Shown here piece after piece: positions 40,727-51,920 of a stretch of 64,000 nucleotides of DNA. Under the pieces are notes generated by a model that was given only the letters and a program-made list of their open reading frames with translations, did no database searches and was not told the DNA's origin. The stretch comes from Takakia lepidozioides (Eukaryota; Plantae; Bryophyta), in the NCBI GenBank assembly GCA_030704615.1, contig CM060733.1, forward strand, positions 8,804,001 to 8,868,000. The letters are read 5' to 3'. Both the position numbers and the translations under genes were made by a program. How positions within the stretch are numbered: position 1 is the stretch's first letter; every line of letters starts with the position of its first letter.

Positions 40727-43534
40727 CTACAAATCCTTGCTTGTACCCCACAATGGAGTGTGAGCAACCATGGCAGACAACTCCGCCATACCATGCATGT
40801 CATCCTGCTCTGCTGGAGGTGGCACATCTTCTGCATAGGCATTGCCTTCCAGCAACTCTCCAGGCCAACTAACTGCAGCTGTAAAGGCGGCTAGTGTTGG
40901 CATCTTGCCCCGTTGGGCAGCCGCAATACCCCCAATGAATGTCACAGGGAGCTGTGCACGATGACCATCCCCTGACTGCCATCCAGGCCTGTAGAATGCT
41001 GACTCCTCCCAAAAGTCCAGGGTGAAGCCCATGGGGTATAACACTGCCCCACCAACAAGGACATCGTAAGAGACCGCGTCTGTCACAAGGGCCTTGGCTC
41101 GCATGACTGAGCCATCGATAGGATGATCCGGCTGCAGTCTAATGGCCAACTGATGCCGTGTCATGCCCCGAGCCTGCTCTGATCCTCCCAGAGATGTCTG
41201 TATCTGGAAAGGACAAGGCTCCATATCCGCCTCCATGAGGCCCAAACCTGCAATAGCAGCTCTGCCCAACATCAGTGGTTGAGCTCCCGAGTCCAACAAG
41301 ACCCGCAGTGGCCGGTACTTCTTGCCTGCCGGACCACTCAAAGAGAAAATGCCATCCTGGTTGTCTAACAAGACAACTCCAGGTGTCACCATGGCGCGCT
41401 CAAAGGCTGGCCTAGCTGGCAGCTCCGTCAACCTGGCAGCTGCAACTTGCCATGGCGCAGCCGTGGCAGTCTTGACCCTCAAATCCGAGGATCCCTCTGC
41501 CACTACACCTTCCAGTAACTCCACAGAAGATGAAGTGACCTCCCCACTCTCACAGAGTGTTGCTGCTAGTCTGAACACTGCAGCTGGTCTTACCCCCGGC
41601 GTCGCAATCATGGTTGCCGAGAACAGTGGGGCTTGACACACAGAGGTGACTGCCCCCAACAACACACCGGCTGCACTAGCCTTGGCAGCAGGTGTCAGTG
41701 TTGTACGTGTAGCTCTCCCCAATGGCATAGAAACCTCCGCCTCGGTAACAGTCGGGCGAGAACTAGGTGCCATGGATGGCGTTGACACTGTCTCCGCCAA
41801 GGTGAATGACTGAGGCAGCCTCGCCTGACGGTTTGCCTCCCCAAGTTGTGGATCCAACTCCACCTCTGCACCTCGTGGCTCAGGAACTCGTGCTGCTCCT
41901 CGAGTCACGGCTGCATCAGACTCCACCTGCTCTAGTGGTAGTGCTGCTCCGCACATGAATCCCATGCCTCCCATATCTCCTCCCTTGGGAGCAGGATGTG
42001 GACCATCCCGCCTGGGAGCCGGTACCGCCTGAGCTATAGCCATTGCAGCGAGCCTCTGCTCTAGCTGCTGAAGTCAGTTGGCCATGCCTTGGTCAACACC
42101 CTGACCTCCGCGTCCGTGGCCATGTTGAGCTTGCCCTTGGCCTGCACCTCGTGCCCGACCACCTCGTCCTCTCTGGGCTGGTCCACCTCGCCCCGGCCAC
42201 CATTGTTCCCTTGGAACTGGCCTGGGCGCAACTCAGGATGCAAGTCATAACACTGGGCATCTCCATGCCCATACTTGCCACAATACCCACACTGCAACTG
42301 TGCAGGCGGTGTTGTGCCGGCCTTTTGCCACTCTCTGGGCAATCTCTCTTGATATGGGGTCCTCCACATGTCCAACATATCACCCCTGGTTGCTGTTGGC
42401 CTGCAAAAGATGCCACGGGCCTCTGCACCTGAGGTCCCCTGTAAGCTCCATGGAACTTGGGTTGGGAAACCTTGCCCCCTGACCACGCTGTTGGGCAGTC
42501 CCTTGTGCCTGTGGGCTGGCAGCTGCGCCTCGTGCATGCATGTCCTTGCCAAACCCAATGGTAACAACTCGCTCCTCCACCATGTTGAGCTCAATCCGCT
42601 CAGCTAGCAGAAACACATCTGCTAATGTGGGTTGGGCTGCTTGTAACAGGGTTGCATCCCGCACCCTTCTCCTGAGCTCCTTGTCCAAAATTCCATACCA
42701 GAACTGGATTGCCTGAGCTTCAGTAACCCCTTGGGTCACACTTATCAAGCGCCTCATACGAGTGTAGGCCTCTCGCAAGCTCTCACTGGGTTTGCGCTGG
42801 AAGTCTTGCAAACTTCGCAGCTTCTCTGTCCGTACACCTTGGCAGTTCCTCCGCAACTCCTGGAAGAACTCCACCACCGGGTTGAATCTAGGCACATGTG
42901 TTGTAGTCGTGGCAAGAGGAGTAGTAACACCTTTTGAACTGGTACCACCTCCAGAAGTACCAGCACTACTTGTTCCACTACTAGTGCTGGTAGTGGGAGA
43001 TATCGGTACTGATGCAGCAGCTACTGGTCGCGTCGTGCCTCGAGTAATGGAGACGTAGTCAGGTGACCAATACATCCTCCACTCCTCAATCTCTGCTTCA
43101 TGTCCTCGCCTGAACTCGTGGTAATCGTCCATAGGCGGGCCTTCCAAATGCTGGAATAGTCCCTTCCACGCCATGAATGGGGTGAATAGCTGTGGATTGC
43201 GCATCTGCTGCAAATCACACCAGCTGTCGAACTCCTGGATAAAGTCATCCAACTCGATTGTGCCCACAGCTCCAGAGTACCTACGAGGCCCCTTGGTAGC
43301 TCCATGCATCTCCTCCATGTCGTCCCACAACAATGGCGAATGAAACTGCACACATGTTGATGAAGCCTCCGAGTCTGTGTCTGACTCTGCACTAGTTGAG
43401 GGTGGCGGTGAAGGTGGTCTGAACCGAATACCTCGTCTTGTGAACCCACTCTCACTGTTACTGCCTGTAGCCGTACTCCCCTCAAAACCCTTGGGTAACT
43501 CCATGATGACACTCACAATGTGCACCTCCCCCAC
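40727..43534 (-). pseudogene. Element B gag (two CCHC-type knuckles, frameshifted) and aspartic protease
   Basis: ELDDFIQEFDSWCD, FQRKPSESLREAYTRM; CWTCGGPHIKRDC and CGYCGKYGHGDAQC in shifted frames; protease LLDSGAQ...DVLVG. Confidence 0.88.
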
Positions 43535-44054
43535 GTGACACTATAGGGCTCTAGTACTAATTCTAATAGTGACACGGGTGGACACCTGTTGCAGTTTAAG
43601 GGTCATATCCCAATGGCTCAGGGCACCTGCACCTGCATCCACCGCAAGAACTCCTATGGTTGGCTGGTCATCAACCCAGCCTCACCATAGAAGAAACACT
43701 GGTGGTCTTGCTGGTCATCACTCCAGCCTCACCACCGACAGCATACTCTAGGATTGACCGGTGATCAAATCCGGCCTAATCCCTATGAAAGCAAGCGCCC
43801 ACACAAAACCAACATGGCGCACAGTCAAGCATGCAGGTGTTGGGGGGGATTTAAACACAAGAAATCAAAACATCAACACCCCCACACCAAAATCCAGCTG
43901 CAATGCTGATCTTGCAGAATATCCCAGCCCAAAACCTCGGACTGACTGGCCTCCACCAAGAGAGGCTTTGGCAACTACGAGTACAAGGTAATGAAAATAG
44001 TGCAGAGATGGAGGGGAAGAATAGAAGCCCGCCCAAGCAAGATCTAATCCTGAT

Positions 44055-44648
44055 CTATGCTATCAACTTCCAGACTTCTCTCAAAGTGCCTCGCTCTGCA
44101 TGATGGTAAGGTGTAGGAGGTATATCTATGTCCAGAAACCTGCCACTAACTTTGTCCCAAGCTACAGTAGCTCGCTCTAACCAACCCTCCTCCTCTTTCT
44201 GCCAGGTAGAGACAAAGCAACACTCTGCTATCTCCCGCTCACTGAACACTAAAGAAAACAAAGGTAGGGTCTGATAGTCTCTCAACTCGAAAGCTTTGAG
44301 ACGGTTGCGGGTGTCCTCATTGCGAATGACTGCATCTCCTTCAAACAGAACAAACTTGTCCTCGCTAATGAACCCCCGCTCGTGGTTGCCTTGTGCAGAG
44401 CGTGTCCGGCTGCAACGCTGTCTGATTGCACAAACTTGTGTAGCTCCTGCTCCTCTGCTCCAGTACACCACAGCCTTGTGGCTGAACACCTTGGTCCCCG
44501 GGGCTGTCTTTGGCTGTGTTCCAAGCCTAGCTTTCACCCACTTTGGTATTTCACTTACAGCTGCAGAACTGCTGGCTCCAACAGAGTTCTGACTGTCCAA
44601 AGCGATATTGAGGCCCTCAACTGCTAATGCATGACCCCCAGTATGCAA
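44055..44648 (-). CDS. Unassigned 197-aa ORF in the 5' cargo region of element B
   Basis: Open frame on the element sense strand with protein-like composition; no recognised motif; non-ATG start. Confidence 0.3.
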   Translation of the reverse strand: MHTGGHALAVEGLNIALDSQNSVGASSSAAVSEIPKWVKARLGTQPKTAPGTKVFSHKAVVYWSRGAGATQVCAIRQRCSRTRSAQGNHERGFISEDKFVLFEGDAVIRNEDTRNRLKAFELRDYQTLPLFSLVFSEREIAECCFVSTWQKEEEGWLERATVAWDKVSGRFLDIDIPPTPYHHAERGTLREVWKLIA

Positions 44649-46541
44649 TCAACTCGTCCAACTGTTCTCCACTCAAATCAGTCTGAGTTCCTTGGGAAAC
44701 ATAAATCCTGTCCCCTTGTGTGCACATGCTAAGAGAAGAGACCTGCCCTTCAATTACGTCCTCATTTCCCCCAGCCATACAAGGAGGACATCCACAGATT
44801 TGTCTCTCAAATAGACCAGAACCTGTTCTAGAAACAGAATTGTGGATCTTTCATGGCACACTCACACTCTAAAAATTCCATAGATTTTTAGCAGAGTCCA
44901 AAAAACAAAAACAATTAGATAGGTAGATTTCCCCTTTCTGCAGCTATCCCCTCAAAAACTGAGTCAAACGGAGCTCATTTGACAAAGATATGACCAACCA
45001 GGCTCTTTAAACATAACACCATTTTTTTATAAAAAAAATTAATAAGACAAAACAAATACAAGGATTTTTTTTATTTTTTTTCAATACTTGTCTTGGTTCC
45101 CTGTTCCCTGGTTCCCTAAGAATTCCTTGGACTCATAAACTGCAAGGCCAATTGGTCCTGAAAGAAATGGCCTCACATTAATCACGCATTCAGTATGCTC
45201 AGGGGAGAGAGGCAAGGCGGACGCAGACGATGGCAGCGATGGCCAAGCCTGCGCAAGCAAGCAAGAACAAGGAAGTGGTGCGGGGTGTTGGCTAATTCGG
45301 CCGATCAAAGACCTGATCAAAGGGTTGCACATGAGCAGCTTGCATGCTCGTCAATCTCCAAAGCCATGCAGCAGAGATGCCCGTCAGCTCCTACCAGCTC
45401 CTGGTTCTGCTCAGTCCTCACGGCTACCTACTCTTTGTCGTACACAACACTCAAAACCAGAAATCACCCTCGCTCCCCTTCCGGCTCACGAGGTTCAAGC
45501 TGGTTCCACTCACACAGGATGTCCAGTGAATGCCTGGAAGTCTAGTACACCACAACACTCGGCTTAGAACAAGCACCTCTAGGGAAGCAGTGAAGTTGCG
45601 ATTTCCTACTTATCTCTTTAGTCCGCCTCTCATCCTCACATCAGCATTTCGCACGCAACGATTCGCAGATGGCAACCTCTCTACCATCCTCCACGCTACA
45701 GCGGAGTTGCAGCAAACTGGTCTGCACCACAAGGAAAGAGGTCTGCATCTGGGGCATTGGAAGCCCTATCTTCCGGACTCACTTGCAATGGCCCTGACTT
45801 GTGCAGATCACCCAACCAGGCACATACGGGTATGTCCCAGCTGCAAATCTTCTTTCTCAAATCGTCATGGTCAAAACCTTCCCTAGAGCTAGAACACTTT
45901 GCGCATTTCAGTCAATGTGAACTTCATCCCCCTTCTTCAACAGCTCTTGAACACCTTCAGTTGGACTATCACGATGTGGGAAATTAACTATATTATCTTG
46001 CACACCTCCAAAAGGACGAGGTCCGATTGAACATCACACTTACTGTCAACGAATGTGGTGCACAGTCAGGAACACTTGAAGTGCACGTGGTGCGCAATCC
46101 CTCTCTGGCTTTTTGTGTTTCCTTTCATGGACGTCTGTTGTGGAGCAGGAAACCATGTCCGTGAAGTACTTCCACTACTTGTGTCCACACCACCATGTCC
46201 AGCCAGCTTGATGCTAATGATCGCCGTCTCTCTCATCCGACCCTCAGCAGCCTGTCGTGCTCACCCCCTCCACGGGAACTTCATTCGATAGAGAGAGATC
46301 TGTTTTCCTGAATCACATAGCTGCGCCTCTAAAACCGTATCCTATGTTGATTGCTTATTCTTGCATAAAGCGCAGGAAACGCAGCCCGCAGTTCACAAGC
46401 ACTAAGCTCGCCACATAAACAGAATCAGTTTCAAGAAACATGACATGGGAGATACAAGACACTGGTCTTCGATTCAAATGTCGGGCCCTGCTTTTTCTTT
46501 GCTCAAAGGAGCTCGAGCAGAGGAAGAAACGAAAACCCACT

Positions 46542-46810
46542 TTACCGCTGCTGGTGCTGGATTCCAATGAGCACCTTTAACACGTCTTGCATGGAGGGGC
46601 GTCTATCAGGCACCTCGTGTGTGCAAAGCATGGCCACATCCATCAGCTGTAGCAGCTGCTTGTCAATACCTATGGTCTTCAGCAGTTTCACATCAAGAAC
46701 TTGTCTGGCCAGCTTTGGCTTCGCCAATGCTTGCCGCACCCACTGTGAGCTGTTCATGCCCTTACTGACCAGAACGAAGGCTGCTTCCCCGCAGTATAGC
46801 TCCGTCCTGC
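46542..46810 (-). pseudogene. Captured C-terminal fragment of a receptor-like protein kinase
   Basis: QWVRQAL...QVLDVKL...LLQLMDVAMLCTHEVPDRRPSMQDVLKVL matches the RLK/Pelle subdomain X-XI pattern. Confidence 0.75.
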
Positions 46811-47068
46811 CCCTGCGGCCTTATGCCAGAACCAACGCTATCCTTACCAGTGGAAAGACACCAGTTCTTTGCCCCTGCTTGACATGCAGCCTGCCTCCAT
46901 GGACCATCTATATAAACAGAAACCAGAGATGATCGAAACCTGCATGTTTTTTTTTTTTTTTTTCTTAAAACTTCTCAAACTAAGCACTACTTTCGCACAG
47001 GTAATCATACAAGTGCTAACCCTCAACTCCTACCTTGCACTCACAGGTAAGAGCTCATCTCTCTCGAA

Positions 47069-47425
47069 TGATAAACAAGCTAAAAAGACACACACTCTCA
47101 ACACAAGAAATATGAAATCCATCGCTATCACTCTTTAAAAATAGAAGTCGAGCCAGGGGCACCCCAAGCTATGGGGACTCCACCCCACAACAACCTACAC
47201 TCCCATCATAAGCACACTCAGATCTAAACGCATGAAGGAGCTCGGTCGCGCAGGCTCAACTCGAGAGAGATGAGCTGCGCGACTGCCGCTCTCGTGAAGA
47301 TAAGACGGGTCAGGTGTCAAACTAAACTTGACACCTGATTTAACACTTGACCTAAATCCAAGTGTTAAATACAAATAACTAGCTTTATTCTAGCTAGTTT
47401 CACACTGTGCTTATTTAACTTGACA
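47069..47425 (-). repeat. Element B 5' LTR part (B'; TGTCAAG..TTTATCA) with hairpin array; putative self-priming PBS at 47052-47067
   Basis: 47052-47067 is the exact 16-nt reverse complement of 47261-47276; no TGG tRNA PBS follows the terminal CA. Confidence 0.85.
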
Positions 47426-48165
47426 AGCTCCTCACGGTGATTTGCTTCAACTTCGGTGTCAAACATTCCACCACCGCCCCATACCATCCCCAGACCAATG
47501 GCCTTACGAAACGCTTCAACCAAACTCTTTGCCGAATGTTGGAGAAGAATGGCGCACTTATCGGGGAGTGGGATACCTTTCTTCCCCCGATTCTCTTTGC
47601 TTATCGCAGCGCCGTGCATGCTAGCACCAAGAAGACTCCTTTTGAGTTACTGTATGGTCGCAAGAGTGTTTCTCCTTTGCATTCTACCCCTCTTATCTCT
47701 ACTGTTGCTGATCCGGTTGATCTTGAGACCTTTGTTGAGGATCTTCATGCTCGACATGCGGTGTCTATCCATGATGCCAAGATGAACATTGGTAAGGCTC
47801 AACTAACCCAGGCCCGTAATTTTAACAAGCGTGTCAAGTATTCTAACATGTTTCAGGTGGGACAGACCGTGAGCGTTCGATTACAGCATGACAAACATGC
47901 ATGCAAATCTAAGCTCAAGATCGACGGTCCATACTTGATCTATCATATTTTACGCGGGCGACGTGCTCTTCTTCTTCCCCAAGGCTCTAATACTGAAGTG
48001 CGGGATGAACCTGTTTCCTTGACAGACTTGGTGCATTCCGAGCTAGTTTTTGATCTTACATGTATCAATGTGGAGGGGCACACGGTGGGGTGATGTCTTG
48101 ATCTTCTTAGCCGATCTACTTCAGCTTAATCTACTTCTCTTCTCAGCGGCTTAGTCTTAGTTTGC
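47426..48165 (+). mobile_element. Gypsy A integrase, C-terminal part
   Basis: TTAPYHPQTNGLTKRFNQTL (catalytic E changed to K), TPFELLYGR, GPY motif. Confidence 0.88.
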
Positions 48166-50129
48166 TGTCGTGCGCATACATATCGCTACACAACTACATC
48201 GCTGTCCAAAACCACACAACACATGTGCACGCCACACACTAGTATATCACTAGTCCACCACTAGTCTAGCCACTAGTCCAACCACTAGGCTACAATTAGT
48301 CAATCACTAGGCTGCCACTATGCTGCCCACTATGGCAGTCACTAGTCCATACAATCGCCCCCCTAGCTGGTGCTTAGGTCCCTCTAAGTCCGGGTAGCCA
48401 CAAGATGTGATAGTGACCATAGCCTCACTTAGTCCTCTACCACTGTCCCTACTACACTCAAACTCAATAGATCAAGAGGCCGGGTACAAGAGTTGTCCCA
48501 TCGTTAGTCGCCGTCTGGCAACCTGTGAACTTGAGCCTGAGATCTTGGGTATTGACTCCTATGAGCTTGGCCTCCCATGTCTTGTGAGCTGCCACTAGTC
48601 ATATCCACTGCCACTATCCCAAGCAGTGTGGACATAACCAATCTCCATCAGGAACCCTCTCAAGAGGTGGTGTCAAGCATCCCATGTGCCAACCTCTTGA
48701 GCATCGATCACACACCAGCATAGTGGTGGCACCACGAGCATGCCCACATAGCATGCAACGCAATCCTGCAGATACCACTGCAAGGTTGGGATCTATCCTC
48801 CCATCCATATGTGGAAGGTGACATGGCGCACAATTACGTACATGGTCTTTCCATACCATGCCATCTTGACCCTCCAGAACCCTCGTGGCTCAGGAACTCG
48901 TGTTGCTCCTCGAGTCACGGCTGCAGCAGACTCCACCTGCACTAGTGGTAGTGCTGCTCCGCACATGAATCCCATGCCTCCCGCCTGAACTCATGGTAAT
49001 CATCCATAGGCGGCCCCTCAAGGTGCTGAAACAGCCCCTTCCATGCCATGAAAAGTGTAAATAGTTGTGGATTGCGCATTTGCTGCAAATCACACCAACT
49101 ATCAAACTCTTGGATAAAATCATCCAACTCGATGATGCCCACCGCCCTAGAGTACCTTCGTGGCCCCTTGGTAGCTCCATACATCTCCTCCATTGTGTCC
49201 CACAACAATGGCAAGAAAACAACTTGCACCGCCGGTATGAGTCCTCCTGATTCACAATCCGAATCAGAACCTTCCGTAGAAGACACAGGAGGTGAAGGTG
49301 GCCTAAACCGCACACCTCGTCTCGTGTACCCACTAGTATCGCTAGTGCTCAAACCGACACTGTCCCCAGCAACTAGTGGCACCTCCGTGTTGACACTCAA
49401 CCGGTCATGAACATGTCTCTAACCCCCTCTCCACAAGGTAACCGGGTAGAGAACCTGTTGCGGCTTATGGTTTGGAATACTAAGTTCCTAACATAGCCTA
49501 CACCTGTACCTGCATCCACCGCAAGCACTCCTATGGTTGGCTGGTCATCACCTCCAACCTCACCACAGGAGAAACAATGATGGTCTGGCTAGTCATCACC
49601 CCAGCCTCACCATCGACAGCATGCTCTAGGACTGGCCGGTGATCAAATCCGGACCAATCACCTATAAAAACAAGTGCCCACACAAAACTAGCATGGCGCA
49701 CAGTCAAGCATGCAGGTATGGAGGGGATCCAAACACAAGAAATCAGAACGACAACTCCCCCACACCTAAAACAACTCCACGGTGTTGCTAATGCAAGGAC
49801 ACCCCAGCCCAAACCCGGACTGACTCTTGCCTCCACCTACGGGAAGGTCTTGGCCTAATGAGAGGGTGGAAACTACGAGGAAGAGAAACTAAAGCAATGC
49901 CTAACCCCAACATGCCCTCATCCCAACACTTTTCCTCTCATCTCTTCCCTCACTTGCATGACCATGGGACTATCATGAAGATACCCCTCAAACCGCCCTC
50001 CACGAGCTTCAAAATTCGGCCTTCAAGACCACATGCCGGTCCTTAGGCAGTCCACCAATCCACGAGTCAGCACAGGCCGTCCACAGGTCAACACGGGCCG
50101 CCACAGACCAGCACAGGCCCACACAGCTC

Positions 50130-51055
50130 ACTGGTCATAGCCGTCACAGCCCCACACAGGCCACAGCCTGTCACAGCCCTACACAGTCACAGGGTCACAG
50201 CCCCACAGGCCGCAGCCTGTCACAGCCCCCACGGCCACAGGTCACAGCCTGACACAGCCCATCACAAAGGTCACAGGGTCACAGCCCCAAAGGCCACAGC
50301 CTGTCATTGCCCCTCACAACCCCATAGGCCACAAGGCACAGCCTGTCACAACCCCTCACAGCCCGTCATAGCCCCACAGGCCACAGGGCACAGCTTGTTA
50401 CAGCCCCTCATAGCCCGTCACAGCCCAATAGGCCACTGGGCGCAGCCCGTCACAGCCCGTCACAGCCCCACAGGCCACATGACACAGCCTGTCACAGCCC
50501 CTCACAGCCTGACACAGCCCCACAGGCCACATGGCTTGGCCTGTCACAGCCCTACACAGGTCACAGGGGTCACAGCCCCAAAGGCCACAGCCCCTCACAG
50601 CTCGTCACAGCCCCACAGGCCACAGGGCACAGCCCACCACAGTCTGTCACAGCCTGTCACAACCCGTCACAGCCCCACAGGCCACAGGGCACAGCCTATC
50701 ACAGCCCCTCACAGCCCGTCACAGCCCCACAGGCCACTGGGCACAGCCTGTCACAGCCCACCACAGCCCGTCACAGCCCATCACAGCGTGTCGCAGCCCG
50801 TCACAGCCCCACAGGCCACAGGGCATAGCCTGTCACAGCCCCTCATAGCCCGTCACAGCCCCATAGGCCATAGGGCACAGCCTGTCACAGCCCCTCACAG
50901 CCCCACAGGCCACTGGGCACAGCCTGTCACAGCCCGCCACAGCCTGTCACAACCCCTCACAGCCCGTCACAGCCCCACAGGCCACATGGCACAGCCTGTC
51001 AAAGTCCCTCACAGCCCATCATAGCGTGTCACAGCCCGTCACAGCCCCACAGACC
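50130..51055. repeat. Minisatellite array built from gtcacagccc / cacaggcca units inside element C
   Basis: Dozens of degenerate ~10-nt units visible directly. Confidence 0.95.
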
Positions 51056-51499
51056 ACTCATGACAGTTTAGCCATTTCTCCAAGGGGTTTAGCCACGCCA
51101 AGCTAGGGTTTGTGTCTCTTGGACTCTAGGCTTCTTTGCACCGAGCTATGGCGGCTGTGAAGAAATCAGCAAGTATTCTTGCTCTTTCGGCTCCCACACA
51201 CCACCAATAGTAGCCCTAAGCCATGAGGAAGATGGTTGCCACAAACCAAGCCTTCTTTCTCATTTAGACTCCCCAAACACGCCACTAAACTCAATGGCAA
51301 ACAACCAAGCCTTGCTGGTTTCCAGCCTTTGTGAGCACTCATTCAAGCGTTTCCCTTGGCCATAGCATCTGTCTTAGAGCCTATTCCTACACCTGCCACT
51401 TCAAGAGCCATGCTCTATCGTAGGCTTGAGGTTGAAACCCCAACTCAGAACACGCTCTACAAGTGTCGGACTGTCACATAAGAGCAGATCAGCGGGAGA

Positions 51500-51920
51500 T
51501 CAGCCCCTTACCTTCTCTTCTAGTTCTCTTAAGCTTGAAAACAAAAGCCCAATGGACTGAAGGCATGCTCCACACATGCCCCACTCTCACCACCAGAGAA
51601 TCAGCCCCTTTGCTTTCTTTCTTGCACCCACCAACCTGAAAATACACGCTTCAGCGAGCTGGAAGCATGCTCCACACATGCCCTACAGGGAAACCAGCCC
51701 CTTCCTTCTTTTCTTGCACTCCCAAACCTGAAAGTACAAGCCTTCAACAGGCTGAAAGCATGCTCCACACATGCATTGCTCTCACATAAGGGAAGTCAGC
51801 CCTTCCCTCTTCCTTGCTTGCCCTCCAAGCTTGAAGATGGAAGCTTCAATGAGCTGAATACATGCTCCACACATGCAACCTCTTCACTCAAGAGGTATCA
51901 GCCCCCTATCTTGGCTCCTT
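51500..51920. repeat. Four diverged ~95-100 bp tandem units with core catgctccacacatgc
   Basis: Core seen at ~51563, 51665, 51758 and 51861. Confidence 0.85.

Larger units (their letters stand above)
35431..47425 (-). mobile_element. Gypsy element B carrying a DNMT and a PHD finger; split-repeat (permuted LTR) ends; 4-bp TSD AGCT
   Basis: AGCT at 35427-35430 and 47426-47429; removing the element restores the Gypsy A integrase frame; TGTC..GACA termini; gag-PR-DNMT-RT-RH-INT-PHD order. Confidence 0.95.

Noticed and set aside
35431-47425. Classification as a Ngaro/PAT/DIRS tyrosine-recombinase element because of the split direct repeats
   Set aside because: No YR motifs seen; the element has an HHCC-DDE integrase, a protease and a 4-bp TSD.
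50395-51024. 209-aa and overlapping ORFs in the minisatellite
   Set aside because: By-product of a stop-poor tandem repeat; no coding evidence.
51500-51920. Repeat-spacer-like pattern suggesting a CRISPR array
   Set aside because: The intervening sequences are homologous to each other, the context is eukaryotic and there are no cas genes.
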